A stretch of DNA of 64,000 nt from Rebecca billardiae RCC1528 (lineage: Eukaryota > Protista > Haptophyta), in assembly GCA_965240325.2 (NCBI GenBank), contig OZ251226.1, positions 2,294,001-2,358,000 on the forward strand, written 5' to 3'. This document shows positions 1-13,265 of this stretch, in pieces (the first letter of the stretch is position 1; each line of letters begins with the position of its first letter). The notes beneath the pieces are model-generated. The model saw only the letters and a program-made list of their open reading frames with translations. It was not told the origin of the DNA and made no database searches. The position numbers and the translations under genes were made by a program.

Positions 1-763
1 GACGCTGTCGCACAGACACGTGTGACGTGACACTGCCACTGGCAACGCCGGCGACTGTTCAGACGATGGCTCAGTATGCCACACCGCCGCGACACACGGC
101 CACGCGGGCCTTCGGGGTTGCGGGTTCGGTTAGTACCTTGTCGTCGATCATCATATGAGACTCGTCCCGGTCCCGGACCCGGTCCGATCAGTCTGAGACT
201 CTGACTGAGTCTTCGGAGTCTGCCGCGACCGCCGGGCAGTGCCGGCAGTCTGCGATATCGGATATTCTCGAATATCTCGTAACGCGGTCGATCGAATAAT
301 AATATACTAATATCCGATGATGCTAATAATATATTAAATAACGGCCGGTCTTCGGCTTCGCAGCGGTTGGCCACAGGGACGGGCAGGCGGTTTCACGGTG
401 CCGCAGTGGCCCCGGGCCCGGGTCCGCGACTAGGACCGCTGACTTTCAGTAAGATCCGACACTTCTCGGGGACCGCGTGTCATATTTAATTACGCGGACT
501 GTCCGCTGAGTGAGTGAGTCGTGTCACGTGACACACTGACACTCTCGCAGTCATACTGCAATAGTGTCACGTTCGGCTGATCGGCTGAGCCAATGATGCT
601 CGCAGTCCGGGTGCCGCAGCCAGCTGCGCGTGGGTGCCGGCCGCGCGGCTGAATAGTGAATGGCTGACGAGTCGCCGACGAGTACGGCGGCCGGATGGGC
701 AACTGCTGCCCGCCCGCCAGGCGCGCGTGGCGGCGCCGAAGACGCGCCGGCTCAGCCAGCCTT

Positions 764-2233
764 TCACAAGCTTCCACTTGCAAAGCGCACGATTCTGCTC
801 GAGCTGGGTGGAGGCGATGCTGGTCCAGTGATTTCTGGTGTGCGGGCGACGCGCCCGCGGCTGCCGGGCGACTGCGATCCAGACGCGGGCACGCGCCCCG
901 GGTGCATCGGTGGCTTCGATGGCGAGCGCTTCGAGGAATCCGCATCCGCGTCCGCCCTCAGCCCCGCGTGCGATGGTCCCGGCGCCGCCGATCGCATGCG
1001 CGTGCGCAGCTCGGACGGCCGGAAGGTGCGCCGGCGGAGGATACCCTTTGCAGATTCCGTCGCCCGCCGCTCGTGCGCGGAAAGCGTCGGCGCAGGCGCG
1101 AGCCGGCCGGCGTCGTCGATGTACGCGCCGAACTCGTAGCCCTGCCGCTCCCAGAGCGAGGACTGCAGGCCCTCGATCACGCCCTGCAGCGCCTGCACCG
1201 ACTTGCCGCGCACGTCATTCAGCGCCTCGTCCGTGATCGTGCCGCGCGCCACCTGCTCGAGCTCAGACGCGGAGAGCTGCGCAGACCAGACCAGCGCGTG
1301 CCTGTCCGTGTGCGCCTCGCGCATCGCCGCCTCGCGCACGATCTCGAGGTCGGCCGTCCGATGGGCCGCGCGCATCAGCTCGCGCTGCTTGGAGCGGAAC
1401 AGCACGCGCGCGTCCGTGTGCACTCGCTGCAGCTCGAGCTTTGCGGCCAGATCAGTCGAGCCGGTGGCCAGAGGCGCACGGAAGATGCGCGCGCCTTGTG
1501 CGCCGCCGCCCTCGCGCATGCTCACGGCAGCAGCGGCACTCAGGCGCGACGACTCGAGCGCGTTCTGCCGCGCGAGCTGCTGGCCGCCACGCGACCCGGG
1601 CCTCGAGCCGGGCAGCGAGCCCGCGCTCGGCGGCGGGGGCGGGGGGGCGGCTGCGGGTCCGCGCCGCCCGGGCGTTGGCGCGGTCGCCGGCCGATCGGCG
1701 AGGATCCATGGGTCCGCCGGACGCGCGCGCGTGTGGGCGAGCGCGGGGGACGATGCCACCGAGGAGGCTGCGGCTGCAGCGCCCATGCTCGTCGCCGCCA
1801 GCGCGGAGGCCGGCCGCGCCAGCAGCGGCGGCGCGTGCGGCCGGGCGGCGCGCACATCCTGCGGAGGGAGGACGAGCTTTGCCGTGCCGCACATGTGCAC
1901 GCACGGAGCGGTGAGCGGCGAGTTCGGCTGGTACGACCGCGGCGGCATCTTTCTGGGCGCCGAGCTCCACGGCCGCGACGGTTGCCCCCCGAGCGCTGGA
2001 CGCACGCCAGCACGCGCGCGCGTCAGCTGCTGCGAGCTGTGCGGGCGCCGAGCGCTGTCATCCAGCAGTGCGCAGCTCGCAGCAGCTGTGCAGTAAGCAA
2101 GGGAGACGTGCCGGGACGTGGGATCCCCATCCAACGACGCGCCCAGCAGCCGAGCCTCGGCTGCGTCCGCGCAGCTCTCCGTGCCGGCCGGTGGGGGGGC
2201 CCACGCCGTCAGCGGCGCGGCCTGCGCCAACAT
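764..2233 (-). CDS. Hypothetical protein (~489 aa), low-complexity Pro/Ala/Ser regions with a central helical or coiled-coil-like segment
   Basis: Long stop-free ORF. ATG at 2233 (MLAQAAPL) lies at the GC-rich/AT-rich transition. No recognisable domain. Confidence 0.5.
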   Translation of the reverse strand: MLAQAAPLTAWAPPPAGTESCADAAEARLLGASLDGDPTSRHVSLAYCTAAASCALLDDSARRPHSSQQLTRARAGVRPALGGQPSRPWSSAPRKMPPRSYQPNSPLTAPCVHMCGTAKLVLPPQDVRAARPHAPPLLARPASALAATSMGAAAAASSVASSPALAHTRARPADPWILADRPATAPTPGRRGPAAAPPPPPPSAGSLPGSRPGSRGGQQLARQNALESSRLSAAAAVSMREGGGAQGARIFRAPLATGSTDLAAKLELQRVHTDARVLFRSKQRELMRAAHRTADLEIVREAAMREAHTDRHALVWSAQLSASELEQVARGTITDEALNDVRGKSVQALQGVIEGLQSSLWERQGYEFGAYIDDAGRLAPAPTLSAHERRATESAKGILRRRTFRPSELRTRMRSAAPGPSHAGLRADADADSSKRSPSKPPMHPGRVPASGSQSPGSRGRVARTPEITGPASPPPSSSRIVRFASGSL

Positions 2234-2851
2234 GGCATGCAACCACACAGGAGGAGCCGCGTCAAAAGTTGGCGGAGCCGCAGTAACGCGCAAATGAATA
2301 CGACGGTATGTCGGTAACGGCTGCTTCGTCGGCCTGGAGTAGTGGAGCCTACCGAATAATGTGATGCCATTATAATGATGAATACCAGCATGGATTGATG
2401 TGGTGATGAATAGGCCGTGATGAATACGGGTAGGCCACGTTTTTTTTACAAAATGTCCAAAACCCTTTTCCTCTGAAAGGGCCAAAACGATCAGACTGGA
2501 AGAAATCGAATAATTAAACGAATGACAAAATCCGCACCATCGCCGCCGCGCCGCGCGCGATGTGCCCTTGCGATCGAGTTGCGCCAAGTGTCTCGGGAAC
2601 AACGGACCGCCAGCCCTTGCCCGGACCGACGACCGGCGGGCGCGAAAGCGACCCACTCACTCACTGAACGTCCACGGCCCAGCCTCCTTGCTTTGGCCTC
2701 AAAGGGCTGCTCCCGGACAAACACTGAAACAGTCTGTCCGGGTTTGTATGATACGTGGAGTCTGTACTTAGTGTAACACTCAGACCGCGTAACGACATGT
2801 ATTGTTTTACACAAACGTACTACATAGTGATTACAGTGAGTAATGACTCGG

Positions 2852-3315
<464 letters not shown>

Positions 3316-3578
3316 GCTACAGAGTCACGACTACTAAACTCGTATGAGTCGTAATTAGATATTCTGTAGTACTGTACGGTCAATAATCAACCGCGGGTCC
3401 GCGAGTATGAATGATGGCGCGGGCCCGGACTGGCGGGACTCCGCCGCTGGCTCTGACTCCGCGCGTCCGCGACTCCGTCTAACTAATGATTACACTAAAG
3501 AGACTATGATACTCATTGCTACTACGACTGCGCGGTATTCGCTCGTCAGTCCTAAGTTCCGAATGCTCCTTGTCACTC

Positions 3579-6358
3579 CTACTCCTGCTCCTCATGCTCC
3601 TGCTCTGCGGCTTCCTGCACGATCGTGCTGAGCGCCTTCGGGCTGAGCGCCTCCGCCACCGTCGTTGGCCCCATCGACGAGACGGAGCCATCCATGCGAC
3701 GCTCGCGATGCTCGCTGCCGGCGCTGAAGCTGCCGTGCGAGTTGTTGCCGGCCGCGATGGGCTCCATGAACGAGCGCAGCACGCGGCAGATGAACTCGGT
3801 GCCGGACGAGTCCTTCTCGATGCACGCGGTCAGCCCGGCCGCCTCGAACTCGGAGCGGTCGGGCGAGCCGATCGGGTCCCCGGTCATGCCGATGATGATC
3901 CCCTCGTACCCACTCGCGCGCAGCAGGCGCACGGCGGTCGCGCCGTTCATGCGCGGCATCTGATTGTCCATCAGGATGAGGTCAAAGGGCGGCAGGCCCT
4001 GCGCGCCGCGCTCCTCGACCATCTCGATGGCGCGCTCGCCGTGCCCTGCAGTCTGCCAGTTGGCCCCGACCGTCTGGAAGGTGGTGAGCGGCAGCGTCAT
4101 CTGGAGGAACGCGTCGTCCTGTGTCGCGCGCGGCGGCGGTGGGCGCGCACACCAAAGGGCGGCGGCGATGGCGCGCGCGTGAGCACGGATGGCGTGCGCA
4201 CGGATGACAGCCACGCGCGCGGCGTCTCACCTCCACGTGCAGGCAGCAGAAGTGCGGAGGTATCACGAGAGGTGTCGCGGCGACAGACGAGTCCTGCGAC
4301 ACCGCCTTCTGCAAGCGCTCCTCGTGCACGTCGTCGTGCGGCTTGCTGGCCCCATCCGGCGCCGTCCCGCCCTTCTCGACGAGCTCAGAGAGCCGCTCGC
4401 CGAGCGTGGCAGAGGTGGCCGAGTTGGCGACACGCTCGCGGCCGAGGTCCTGGCGCTTGCGGCCACGCGACATGTGCTCGTCCATCGCGCGCGTCGGCAC
4501 GGGCTGCGTCGACGGCTGCAGGTACACCAGCATCTCGAAGGTCGAGCCCATGCCCTCGCCCGGCGAGGAGATGACAAGCTCGGAGGAGTCGTGCAGCTTG
4601 AGGATCTGCGGGGGCGCACACGCGAGCGCGCGCGAGCGCGCGTGGCACGGAGGGCCGCGGGCGCGGGGCGAGGATGACGGGCGGGATGCGGGACGGACGC
4701 GCGGCTAGCGGGTGCGCTGTGTCGCGCGCACGGCCCGCCCGCACCGACTTGCTGATGGAGAGGCCGAGGCCGGTCCCGCCGCGGCCCTGGAGCTGCCCGG
4801 AGCCGACCTGCGTGAAGCACTCGCCCGTGTTGAGCTTCTCGAGCTGGTCCGGGCTCAGGCCGGTGCCGGTGTCCACGACGGCGATGTGCACGAGCGTGAG
4901 GCCGTCGTCCTGCTGCCGCTCGTCGTCCGAGCCCAGCCAGCAGCGCAGGTACACCGCGCCGCCGCGGTCGGTGAACTTGATCGCGTTGCTCACGCCGTTG
5001 TTGAGGCACTGCAGCAGCCGCCACTTGTCGCCGTTCCACACGGCCTGGCCGAGCTGCGGGTCGATGGCCGCGGGCACGAGCACGACGCCCTTCTCCTGCG
5101 CGAGCCCCTCGAACGTCGCGTGCGACTCGTGCAGCAGCCGCTCGAGCGTGAACGGGTGGCGCACGAGCACGAGCCGGCCGCTGTCGATGCGCTCAAAGTC
5201 GAGGATGTCCGAGACGATGTTCTCCATGAGCGCGCAGCACGTGTCGAGCACGTCGAGCAGCTTCTCGCGCTCGACGGCGCAGATGGGGTGCTTCTTGTCG
5301 TCCTCGGGCATGCGCAGCAGCTTGGTCACGTTGAGCACCGAGAGCAGCGGGCTGCGCAGGTCGTGCATCACGACGCGGATCAGCCGAGCGCGCGCGAGCT
5401 TGCCCTCCTCGGCCCGCGACGCATCGGCCGAGAGCTTCTCGCGTGCGCGGAGCGCGTGGAGGCGCGAGGAGCGCGCGTGCTCGAAGCGGCGGTGCACGCG
5501 CTTGCGCTCTCGCTGGGCCAGGAAGACCGTGCGGCGGAACGCCCACTCGCCGCGCGACGACTTGGAGAGGTGGTACCGGCAGACGGTGGTCGCAAACCCG
5601 AGCATGACGAGCGCGCCCAGGTTGAACGGGCACCAGCCGGCCTCGTCGGGCTGGCGCAAGTCGAGGCCGGCGCCGATGGCGATCGAGGGGCCGCACACGA
5701 GGCCGAACGCAGGCACCGTCAGCGGCACGTACGCGCTCACGAGTGCGACAAAGGCGCCGAGCCGCAGCATGAGCGCTGCGTTGGTCGTGCACGCCTCACT
5801 CGGCGTGAGGATTTGGTGGAAGCGCCAGAAGAGGGTGAGGCAGATGAGCGTCCCGATGGTGATCACCTCCATCAGGGTCTGCGGCACGTTGCAGAACGAC
5901 TCCGATCGGAAGAGGAAGCCGAGCTGCGTCAGGACACCGACCACGAGCACGTTGGCGCTCCAGCCGTGCCGCTCGACGCTCAACTCGGATGGAAGTTCCT
6001 CCGTGCTGAGCGCCACGAAGGAGAGGCTGTTGAACAGCGCCATGGCCCAGAGCACGTGCGACATGGAGCGCCCCAGGTTGGGATACATGATCTCCATGCG
6101 ATACGCGGCCTCCACGTCCTCGTCCGCGAACGCGCCGCGCCACGTGCGCCGCAGCTCGGCTATGTCCTCGACGTTCGCGTCAAAGTCGTGCGGGAGGGAG
6201 GGGTCGCGCGGGTTGGCGGTCCCGGGTGCGCCTTCGAGGTCTTCTGTTGAGACCTCGCCGGTGTACTCAGACGAGCTCAGAGTGCCCGTGTCAGCCATGG
6301 TGCGGATATCCTTCATCTTGAGAAACGCCGCGATGGGTGCGGCAGGGGGTGGTGCCAT
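3579..6358 (-). CDS. Membrane-bound hybrid sensor histidine kinase (TM region, HisKA, HATPase_c, receiver). Introns ~4606-4744 and ~4119-4230; start codon uncertain
   Basis: H-box VMHDLRSPL, N-box LNNGVSNAIKFT, G1 VVDTGTGL, G2 GGTGLGLSI. The receiver has LHVE|DD and DLILMDNQMPRMNG...IIGMTG. GT-AG introns join the domains in frame. Confidence 0.9.
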
Positions 6359-6505
6359 CAGCGAAGACGGCTGTCCGTCGGGGCCGCGGGGAGTCGCAGT
6401 GCTTACTTGTGCTGTGGAAGCTTCTCCATTCCGTGTGGGGGATTTCACTTGGCGGCGACGAGAAGCGTCCGGACTCTCCTTGATGTTGCACAAAGCCGCG
6501 GGGGC

Positions 6506-8035
6506 GGCACGGGCAGGAAATCGCCCGGACCGGCGGGACGCGACGTAACAGCCATGGCTGCCGCGTGCGCGCGCCGAGTCGAGGCTCGTGCACGCCGACC
6601 GCGTACGGCACGGTCCGGAGCGCATGACGGGTGGTCGAAGCACGTGCGCCGGCCTCCTGCCCCGCCCTCTGATGAGCTCGTCGCGTCTCTCCTCACGCTC
6701 CAGCCGTGGACCAGCGTGCACACGTGCGGGTCGGCTGGCGAGCTGCAGACGCGGTGGATGCGCTGCATGGTATGTGCGCCACTGGCCGCCCAGATGGTCA
6801 GGGCGTACGGGGGCGGACGTGCGCACGTGCGTCCAGTCGTTTGAACCGTGCGCCGAGGCCGTTTTGGAGGTGTGCACCTACTCGCGGATGTCGGCGGCAC
6901 TCCATGGGCAGCCCGTGGGGCCAGAGAAGCCGCGACGGGCAGCATTCGGGCGAGGTGCGCATGGCCCCATGGCGGCAGGGAACGCCTTGTGCGTGCGCTA
7001 CGGTCTACGCCGAGGTCAGCGATATGGACTTGGCCTGTGTATGTGGCTTGAACAGTCTGCTTGGGGCCCTACGGAAGTCACCGCGCGTGCGCAGCGTCCC
7101 CGGTGCCCTATAGTAGGCTATACGCGGCATGCCAAAACTCGAAATCTTTTATAGAACTTCTACTGGGACCCTAGCTACTCCCGAGCCGTACTCATAAACT
7201 GTGCTTAGCCAGCTCGGCATGCGAATCGGATTTCAAAAAACGAAAATAACATGAAAGTGGTTCAAAATAGCCAAAATAGGACCATTTCCGTGTTAATTTC
7301 GTTTTTTGAAATCCGATTCGCATGCCGAGCTGGCTAAGCACAGTTTATGAGTACGGCTCGGGAGTAGCTAGGGTCCCAGTAGAAGTTCTATAAAAGATTT
7401 CGAGTTTTGACATGCCGCGTATAGCCTACTATAGGGCACCGGGGACGCTGCGCACGCGCGGTGACTTCCGTAGGGCCCCAAGCAGACTGTTCAAGCCACA
7501 TACACAGGCCAAGTCCATATTGCTGACCTCGGCGTAGACCGTAGCGCACGCACAGGGCGTTCCCTGCCGCCATGGGGCCATGCGCACCTCGCCCGAATGC
7601 TGCCCGTCGCGGCTTCTCTGGCCCCACGGGCTGCCCATGGAGTGCCGCCGACATCCGCGAGTAGGTGCACACCTCCAAAACGGCCTCGGCGCACGGTTCA
7701 AACGACTGGACGCACGTGCGCACGTCCGCCCCCGTACGCCCTGACCATCTGGGCGGCCAGTGGCGCACATACCATGCAGCGCATCCACCGCGTCTGCAGC
7801 TCGCCAGCCGACCCGCACGTGTGCACGCTGGTCCACGGCTGGAGCGTGAGGAGAGACGCGACGAGCTCATCAGAGGGCGGGGCAGGAGGCCGGCGCACGT
7901 GCTTCGACCACCCGTCATGCGCTCCGGACCGTGCCGTACGCGGTCGGCGTGCACGAGCCTCGACTCGGCGCGCGCACGCGGCAGCCATGGCTGTTACGTC
8001 GCGTCCCGCCGGTCCGGGCGATTTCCTGCCGTGCC
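6506..8035. repeat. ~1.5-kb near-perfect inverted repeat (foldback), arms ~740 bp, imperfect AT-rich centre around 7271
   Basis: Mirror ORFs 6588..7154(+) and 7388..7954(-) differ at only 2 residues. The sequences reverse-complement from ~6506 to ~8035. Confidence 0.97.
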
Positions 8036-8621
8036 ACCTTAAATCCGGGCGTGCCCCCCCCGCGGAAAAAAAAGAATCGCCCCCTTGGCCCTTCTCGCCC
8101 GAGCTCTCTGAGCATGTCAGGCATCCGTCAACGACGTGAGCCGTACCACTGCATTGTGCGCCAGCTGGAGGTCGGGCATTTGGTCGGGTGCACCCGCGCG
8201 CTGTCTGGTGCGCTTGCCGGTGGCCCCGCGGATGTCACTGCGGTCCGTGTTCCCCTCCCCGCGCCCGTGTCCGACCACGCCGCGCCCGCCAACGCGCGCG
8301 CGCCCCGAGCGAGATGCGCCACCTTGGGCGTCTGGACTCAATGGAGCTTCAGAGCGTTTCAGACTCGACACATATACTATGCCCCCCCTGTACTGTGCGT
8401 CTCTTATTATTAGTAGTAAAATGTACCCATGCTACATCGTTATATCGTTACGGTACCGTGATGTAGTCGCCATGGTCGATGGTGACTTACCGTTACCGGC
8501 GCCGCGGGCGGCCTGTCGGGCGTTATCACGGAAGCCCCCGCGGTGAAGCCATTCTGCGTGCGGCCAGATCTCAGATCGGCACGTCAATGCCATGGCGATT
8601 CGTCGGTCCGCCAGAACTTTA

Positions 8622-11600
8622 CTACTCGTCGGCAGTCGCTAGGTCGGCTTCGGTGAGCGTGCCGATCGCGTCGTCGATCGCCGCCTCGACGATGCGCCGC
8701 AGCACGTGTGGCGCCTCCTGCGCCACCATGTGCCCGCAGTTCACCCGCAGCAGGCCCACGCCGTGCCCTCTCGCCGCGATCTCGCGCAGCGCCGACGCCT
8801 TGCCTCCGTTGGCCGCGAGGTACGGCTCAGCGTGCTCCGGCCTGACCAGCAGGTCATGCCGGCCCTGCACGAGCACTGTCGGCGTGCGTAGCCGGCCCAT
8901 GTGCTCGCGCAGGTCGCGGTGGGCAAGCGCGCCGCGGCACACGGCCGCGCGACCCTCGAGGCTGACGGGGTTGGGCGTGGTGGCGAGCTCCTCCAGCGCG
9001 CCGTTGATCGTCTTGCGCGACAGGTACCGCTGCACGCACGCACCCGCGCACCCGCGCGCACGGCACACGAGCGCACGCGCGCGCCGGAGCGGCGGATGGG
9101 GTGTGGGCGGGAGACATCGCGCACACGGCCGGGCGCGGCGGAGGGGCGGGCAGCGGGGCACTGGCTCGCGCGCGCAGCGCCACGGCGCGGGCCAGCGCGG
9201 CGTGTGCAGCGAGCCCAGCGCAGCTTGCGCCGCGTGCTCGGCGTGCGCAGGGAGCGCACCTCTGAGAAGAGCAGGTGCGAGAAGAGGAAGAGGTGCAGGT
9301 CCGTCCCCGCCGCGTGCCCGGCGCGCACGCCGTACAGCCAGTTCTGCAGGACCACGTCCAGGTGATAGTCGAGGTAAGTAAACGGGTTCACGAGCACGCA
9401 GAGCCGGACGCCGCCCTCGGCGAGGAGGCCGGCACCGGCGGCCGCGCTGAGGGCCGCCGAGGCGAAGGACGAGCGCGCGGGCGTCGTCGGCGCCGCCGGC
9501 GTCGTCGGCACCGGCACGGCCACGCCGCCCTGCGTGCCCGACGCCGCCGCGGTCTCAAGCGCCAGCATGGTGGCGACGTTGGCACCGTTGCCGCTGCCGA
9601 GCAGTACGAGGGGCGAGCCGCGCGTGCCAAAGAGGCCGGCGACGCGCACGGTGCGGAGCAGCACGGCCAGCGCGCGGCAGACGAACGCGTTGTTGAAGGG
9701 CTCCGCGGCGCTCGGCCGCCCGTGGCCCTCCGAGCCGAATCGACTGAACGCCTGGCCCGGCGTGTTGAACAGCAGCGCGCGCGCGCGCCGCTTGCCCGGC
9801 CGCGCGAGCAGCGGCATTAGCAGCGGGACGAATGCGTCTGCTGACTCGAAGAAGTCGTGGAGCACGACGATGTCCACCGGCGGGAGCGAGGCGGCCGAGG
9901 CGGCCGAGCGGCGCGGCGCGGCCGTCGGGCCCGCGCCTCTCCGCGCGCCCGTCGGTGCCGCGCTCGACTCCGCGCCCACGCCGGCGGCGGTCGTCACGCC
10001 CAGCACGGCGTAGGGCATCGCGGTGCCATCGTCCAACTCGAGCAGCGCGGAAATGCACCCGGCCGGGGGCGCGCTGAAGATGGAGAGGCGCGGCGGCGGC
10101 GGCGGCGGCTCGGCGGCAGCGGCGGCGGAGGCCTCCCGAGCGGCGAGCGCGTCGTCCGCGAACGACGTGCGGCGCTGCGACCGCGCCGCGGCGGCCGCCG
10201 CGGCCGCCGGCGCGACGTGCGGCCCCGCGGCTGCCGTGCCCGCGGCGCGGGGCGCGGCCGCGCCGCGGCGGGGCACCTGCGGTGTCGGCGCGATCGAGCC
10301 GCCGCCGAGTTTCGGCCGCTCCCACGGCAGAGCCGTCACGTTGCGCCGCGCGAGGGGCGGCGAGCCCGACTTTGGCGTGCCCACCGAGCGCCGCCTCGCC
10401 ACACTCGACTTGGTGGCAGTGCTGGCACACGAGCGCGCGCGCGACAGCGCGACCCGGCGCGGCGCGGCCGCGCCCGGCACGCGCACCGCCACCTCCACCT
10501 GCGACCCGCCGAGCTGCACGATCACTTCGGGCTCGTCGCGCGCGTCGGCGTCGGAGGCGGCGGCCGACGCGCCTCTGCGCCGCTCGGGCGTCGTCGGCAC
10601 CAGCCGGGCGGTGTCGGAGCCCTCACTCGCCCTGTGATCGCTCGCGCCGCCGCTGCTGCTGCGCCCAGCGCTGCTGCGCCCGCCGCTGCTCAGCGCGCCG
10701 CCACTGCAGCCAGAGTCCGGCCGAGTGCCCGGACGCGCCGGGCGCGCCGCGCCGCTGTCCGAGTCCGAGCCGTCGCCGTCGTGCGAGCTCGCGCCGCCGC
10801 TCAGCGGCCGCGCCCCCGCCGCCGCCCGCGCCGCGCCGTGCGAGCGCTCCATCTCGAACCTCCGGAGCGCCTCCGCCACCGCCTCCTCCGCCCGGGCGCC
10901 CTCCTCGTCGCCCGCGAGCTCGGCCGCGAGCTCGCGCTCGACGCGCGAGGCGACGGTGCGCTGGATGCGCGCGGCGCGCTCGGCGTTCGCGTTGGCCTCG
11001 GTCGGCAGGATCGCGTCCATGAAGTGCGACACCTTGCCCCGCGCCCACGCGCCCGACGTGCTCAGCTGCAGCCCGCGCGCACCGCCGCCGCCGCCGGCCG
11101 CGCCCGCCTCGCCCGCGCCCGCGGCCGGCGGCAGCGAGCTCGCATGGTGCTGCCGCTGCGCAGCCGAGCCGCCGCCCGCCGCCGAGCCGCCCGCGCCGGC
11201 GTGGGCAAAGTAGCCGCCGCCGCCGTCGCGCTCGCGCGCGCCGGTGGTGTGCGGCCGAGGCGCGCGGGGCCCCGCCCCCGGCTCGGTGTCCGGCGGCCCA
11301 TGTGTGTCAACAGCGGCCATCTGTGCGCGCGCGCCGTCGAGCTGCACGTAAGCCTGGTAGCATGACTCGCACACGCGCACCGGCCGGTAGTAGTGCGCGG
11401 GCGCGAGGCGGCGCGCGCTGCCGGTGGCGAGCAGCGCGCGCCGCTCGGTCGGGTCCGCCAGCGCGGCCGCCTCGCGCTCCAGCCGCGCCTGCAGGATCGA
11501 CTTGTACGTAACCACCAGGTTCTCCGCCTTGCCATGGCCGTTCACGGTCGGGGCGCCGCCCGCCGCGTGGCTGCCGAGCACGGAGCCGATGTGCAGGCTG

Positions 11601-13062
11601 CCGGTACCCGCCGCGCCGGCGGCGCCGGCGCCGCCCGCGCCGCTCGACTGCGGGTCGTCCAGCGCGAACGCCGAGTGCGAGAAGAGCTCCTTGCCGTCCA
11701 GGTACCGCGCCTGCTCGCGCATGTCTGTGAAGCCGTCGCAGTAGTCGCCAGGGCAGCGGTCGCCCGCGCCACTTCCTCCGAACGGGCCAAAGCCGCTCAG
11801 CAGCGCGCCCGAGGTGGTCTGGCGCGAGGTGGCGACGGAGAGCATGCTCAGCGCGCCGCCGGCCATCCCGGAGCCCCCGCCGCCGCCCGAGGCGCCCGCG
11901 CCGCCCGCCGTCAGGCTGATGTCCAGCGACCCGCGCCCGCTGTGCGTCGGCGCCGCAAAGCGCGCGCTCCGGCCGTGCGCCCCGCCGCTCTTACGGCGCG
12001 CGCGCGCGGGCGCGGGCGTGGTGAGCGCTTCGGGGACGCCGACGAACCACATCTCGCCGCTCGTGTCGACGATGAAGTCCACGATCGCGCGCACCACCGT
12101 GCACCGCCCGGCGCCCTCGAGGTAGCTCAGCAGCCGGTTGGCGGTCGCGCCGACCTGCCGGTTCAGGGCCGTCATGTTCGACTTGAGAGCGAACACGGGC
12201 GCGGACTCAGCGGGGTGCGAGTCGTGGTCGCCGGCCGCGGCGGGCGGGACGGTGGCCTCGCGCCGGATCCCACCGCCGTCGCCGCCGAGGTACACCATCT
12301 TGAGCACGCGCGAGACGCGCCGGCCCATGCGGTCGACGACCAGCTCGCACCGATAGCGAGTCGCCTGCCCGCCGCGCGCGTGCACGTACAGCTGCAGACC
12401 GACGGCGCCGCTCAGGTCGGCGCCGTCGCGCAGGACGCTCGCGAGCCCGTCCACGTCGAGCACGTACGCCTTCACGTCCTCGCTCGCCGTGCCCTTCATC
12501 CGGCGGAGCACGGCGACGTACTCGTGCGAGTTGCAAGGGTCGGAAAGGGCGACGCGAGTGAAGTGCTCACGGATGACGGCGAGCGTCGTCTTGTCGCGGT
12601 TGCGCTTCTTGACCAGGCCGTCCTGCGCGCGGCGGGTGGCGTGCGCGACGCGCAAAGCTGTCCGTCATCAGCGAGCGCCAGCCTCCGCCGCACGAGGGCG
12701 CGCGCTGCCTGGCTGCTGCTGCGGGCAGCCGTCCATCCCGCCGCTCGCATGCGCGGCGCGAACGCGGCGCGCACGCACCTTCGCGGTAAAGAGCCACGTC
12801 GTCGGCTCCCCGCCGGTAAACAGGACAGTGTCGACCATCTTGAGCCCGAAGCGCGCCGGGCTCCCCTCCTGCACGCGCCAGGGGGCACCACGCATCCGGA
12901 TGTTGGGCGGGAACATCGCCGCGTGCGTACGACGGCACGGGACGGCGCGCTGCATCGGGAGCACAGCGACGGTCGCGTGCGCTCGGGAGCGCGCACCCGC
13001 CATAAGAGTCGGTATGCCCACGCCCATCCTTGCTGCGAGGGCTCGACCGCCTGGTCGTCCAT
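8622..13062 (-). CDS. Large uncharacterised protein with a Cys-motif region and a C-terminal alpha/beta-hydrolase fold. Introns ~12869-12996, 12623-12778, 9030-9259
   Basis: Spliced frame MDDQAVEP...WR|EGSP...DTVLFTGGEPTTWLFTAK|DGLVKKR. Motifs CPGDYC and VCESCY. Hydrolase motifs VVLHDFF, LFNTPGQAFS, LLGSGNG, PTVLVQGRHDLLV, CGHMV. Confidence 0.75.
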
Positions 13063-13265
13063 CCCAGAGGAGCCACCTCCCCTCTCAGCGGTGGAAGACG
13101 GCAGCCATGAAACGGTGCCGCTCCCGCCGTTAAACGAAATCAGAGGCGCGAAAAGGCGAACTACACCCAAAAATCAAAATCATCCAAAAAATCCGGCCAA
13201 GAACGTGGCCGCGCCTCCATCGTGAGTTCGGTCATCGCGTGGACGTCCGTCGGCGCACCGAGGCC

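Noticed and set aside
6319-6430. Possible upstream exon of the histidine kinase (ATGGAGAAG...CAA|GTAAGC on minus)
   Set aside because: I could not find an acceptor that keeps the frame, so the start is left uncertain.
6588-7954. Mirror-image 188-aa ORFs
   Set aside because: A by-product of the palindrome, with no protein-like features.
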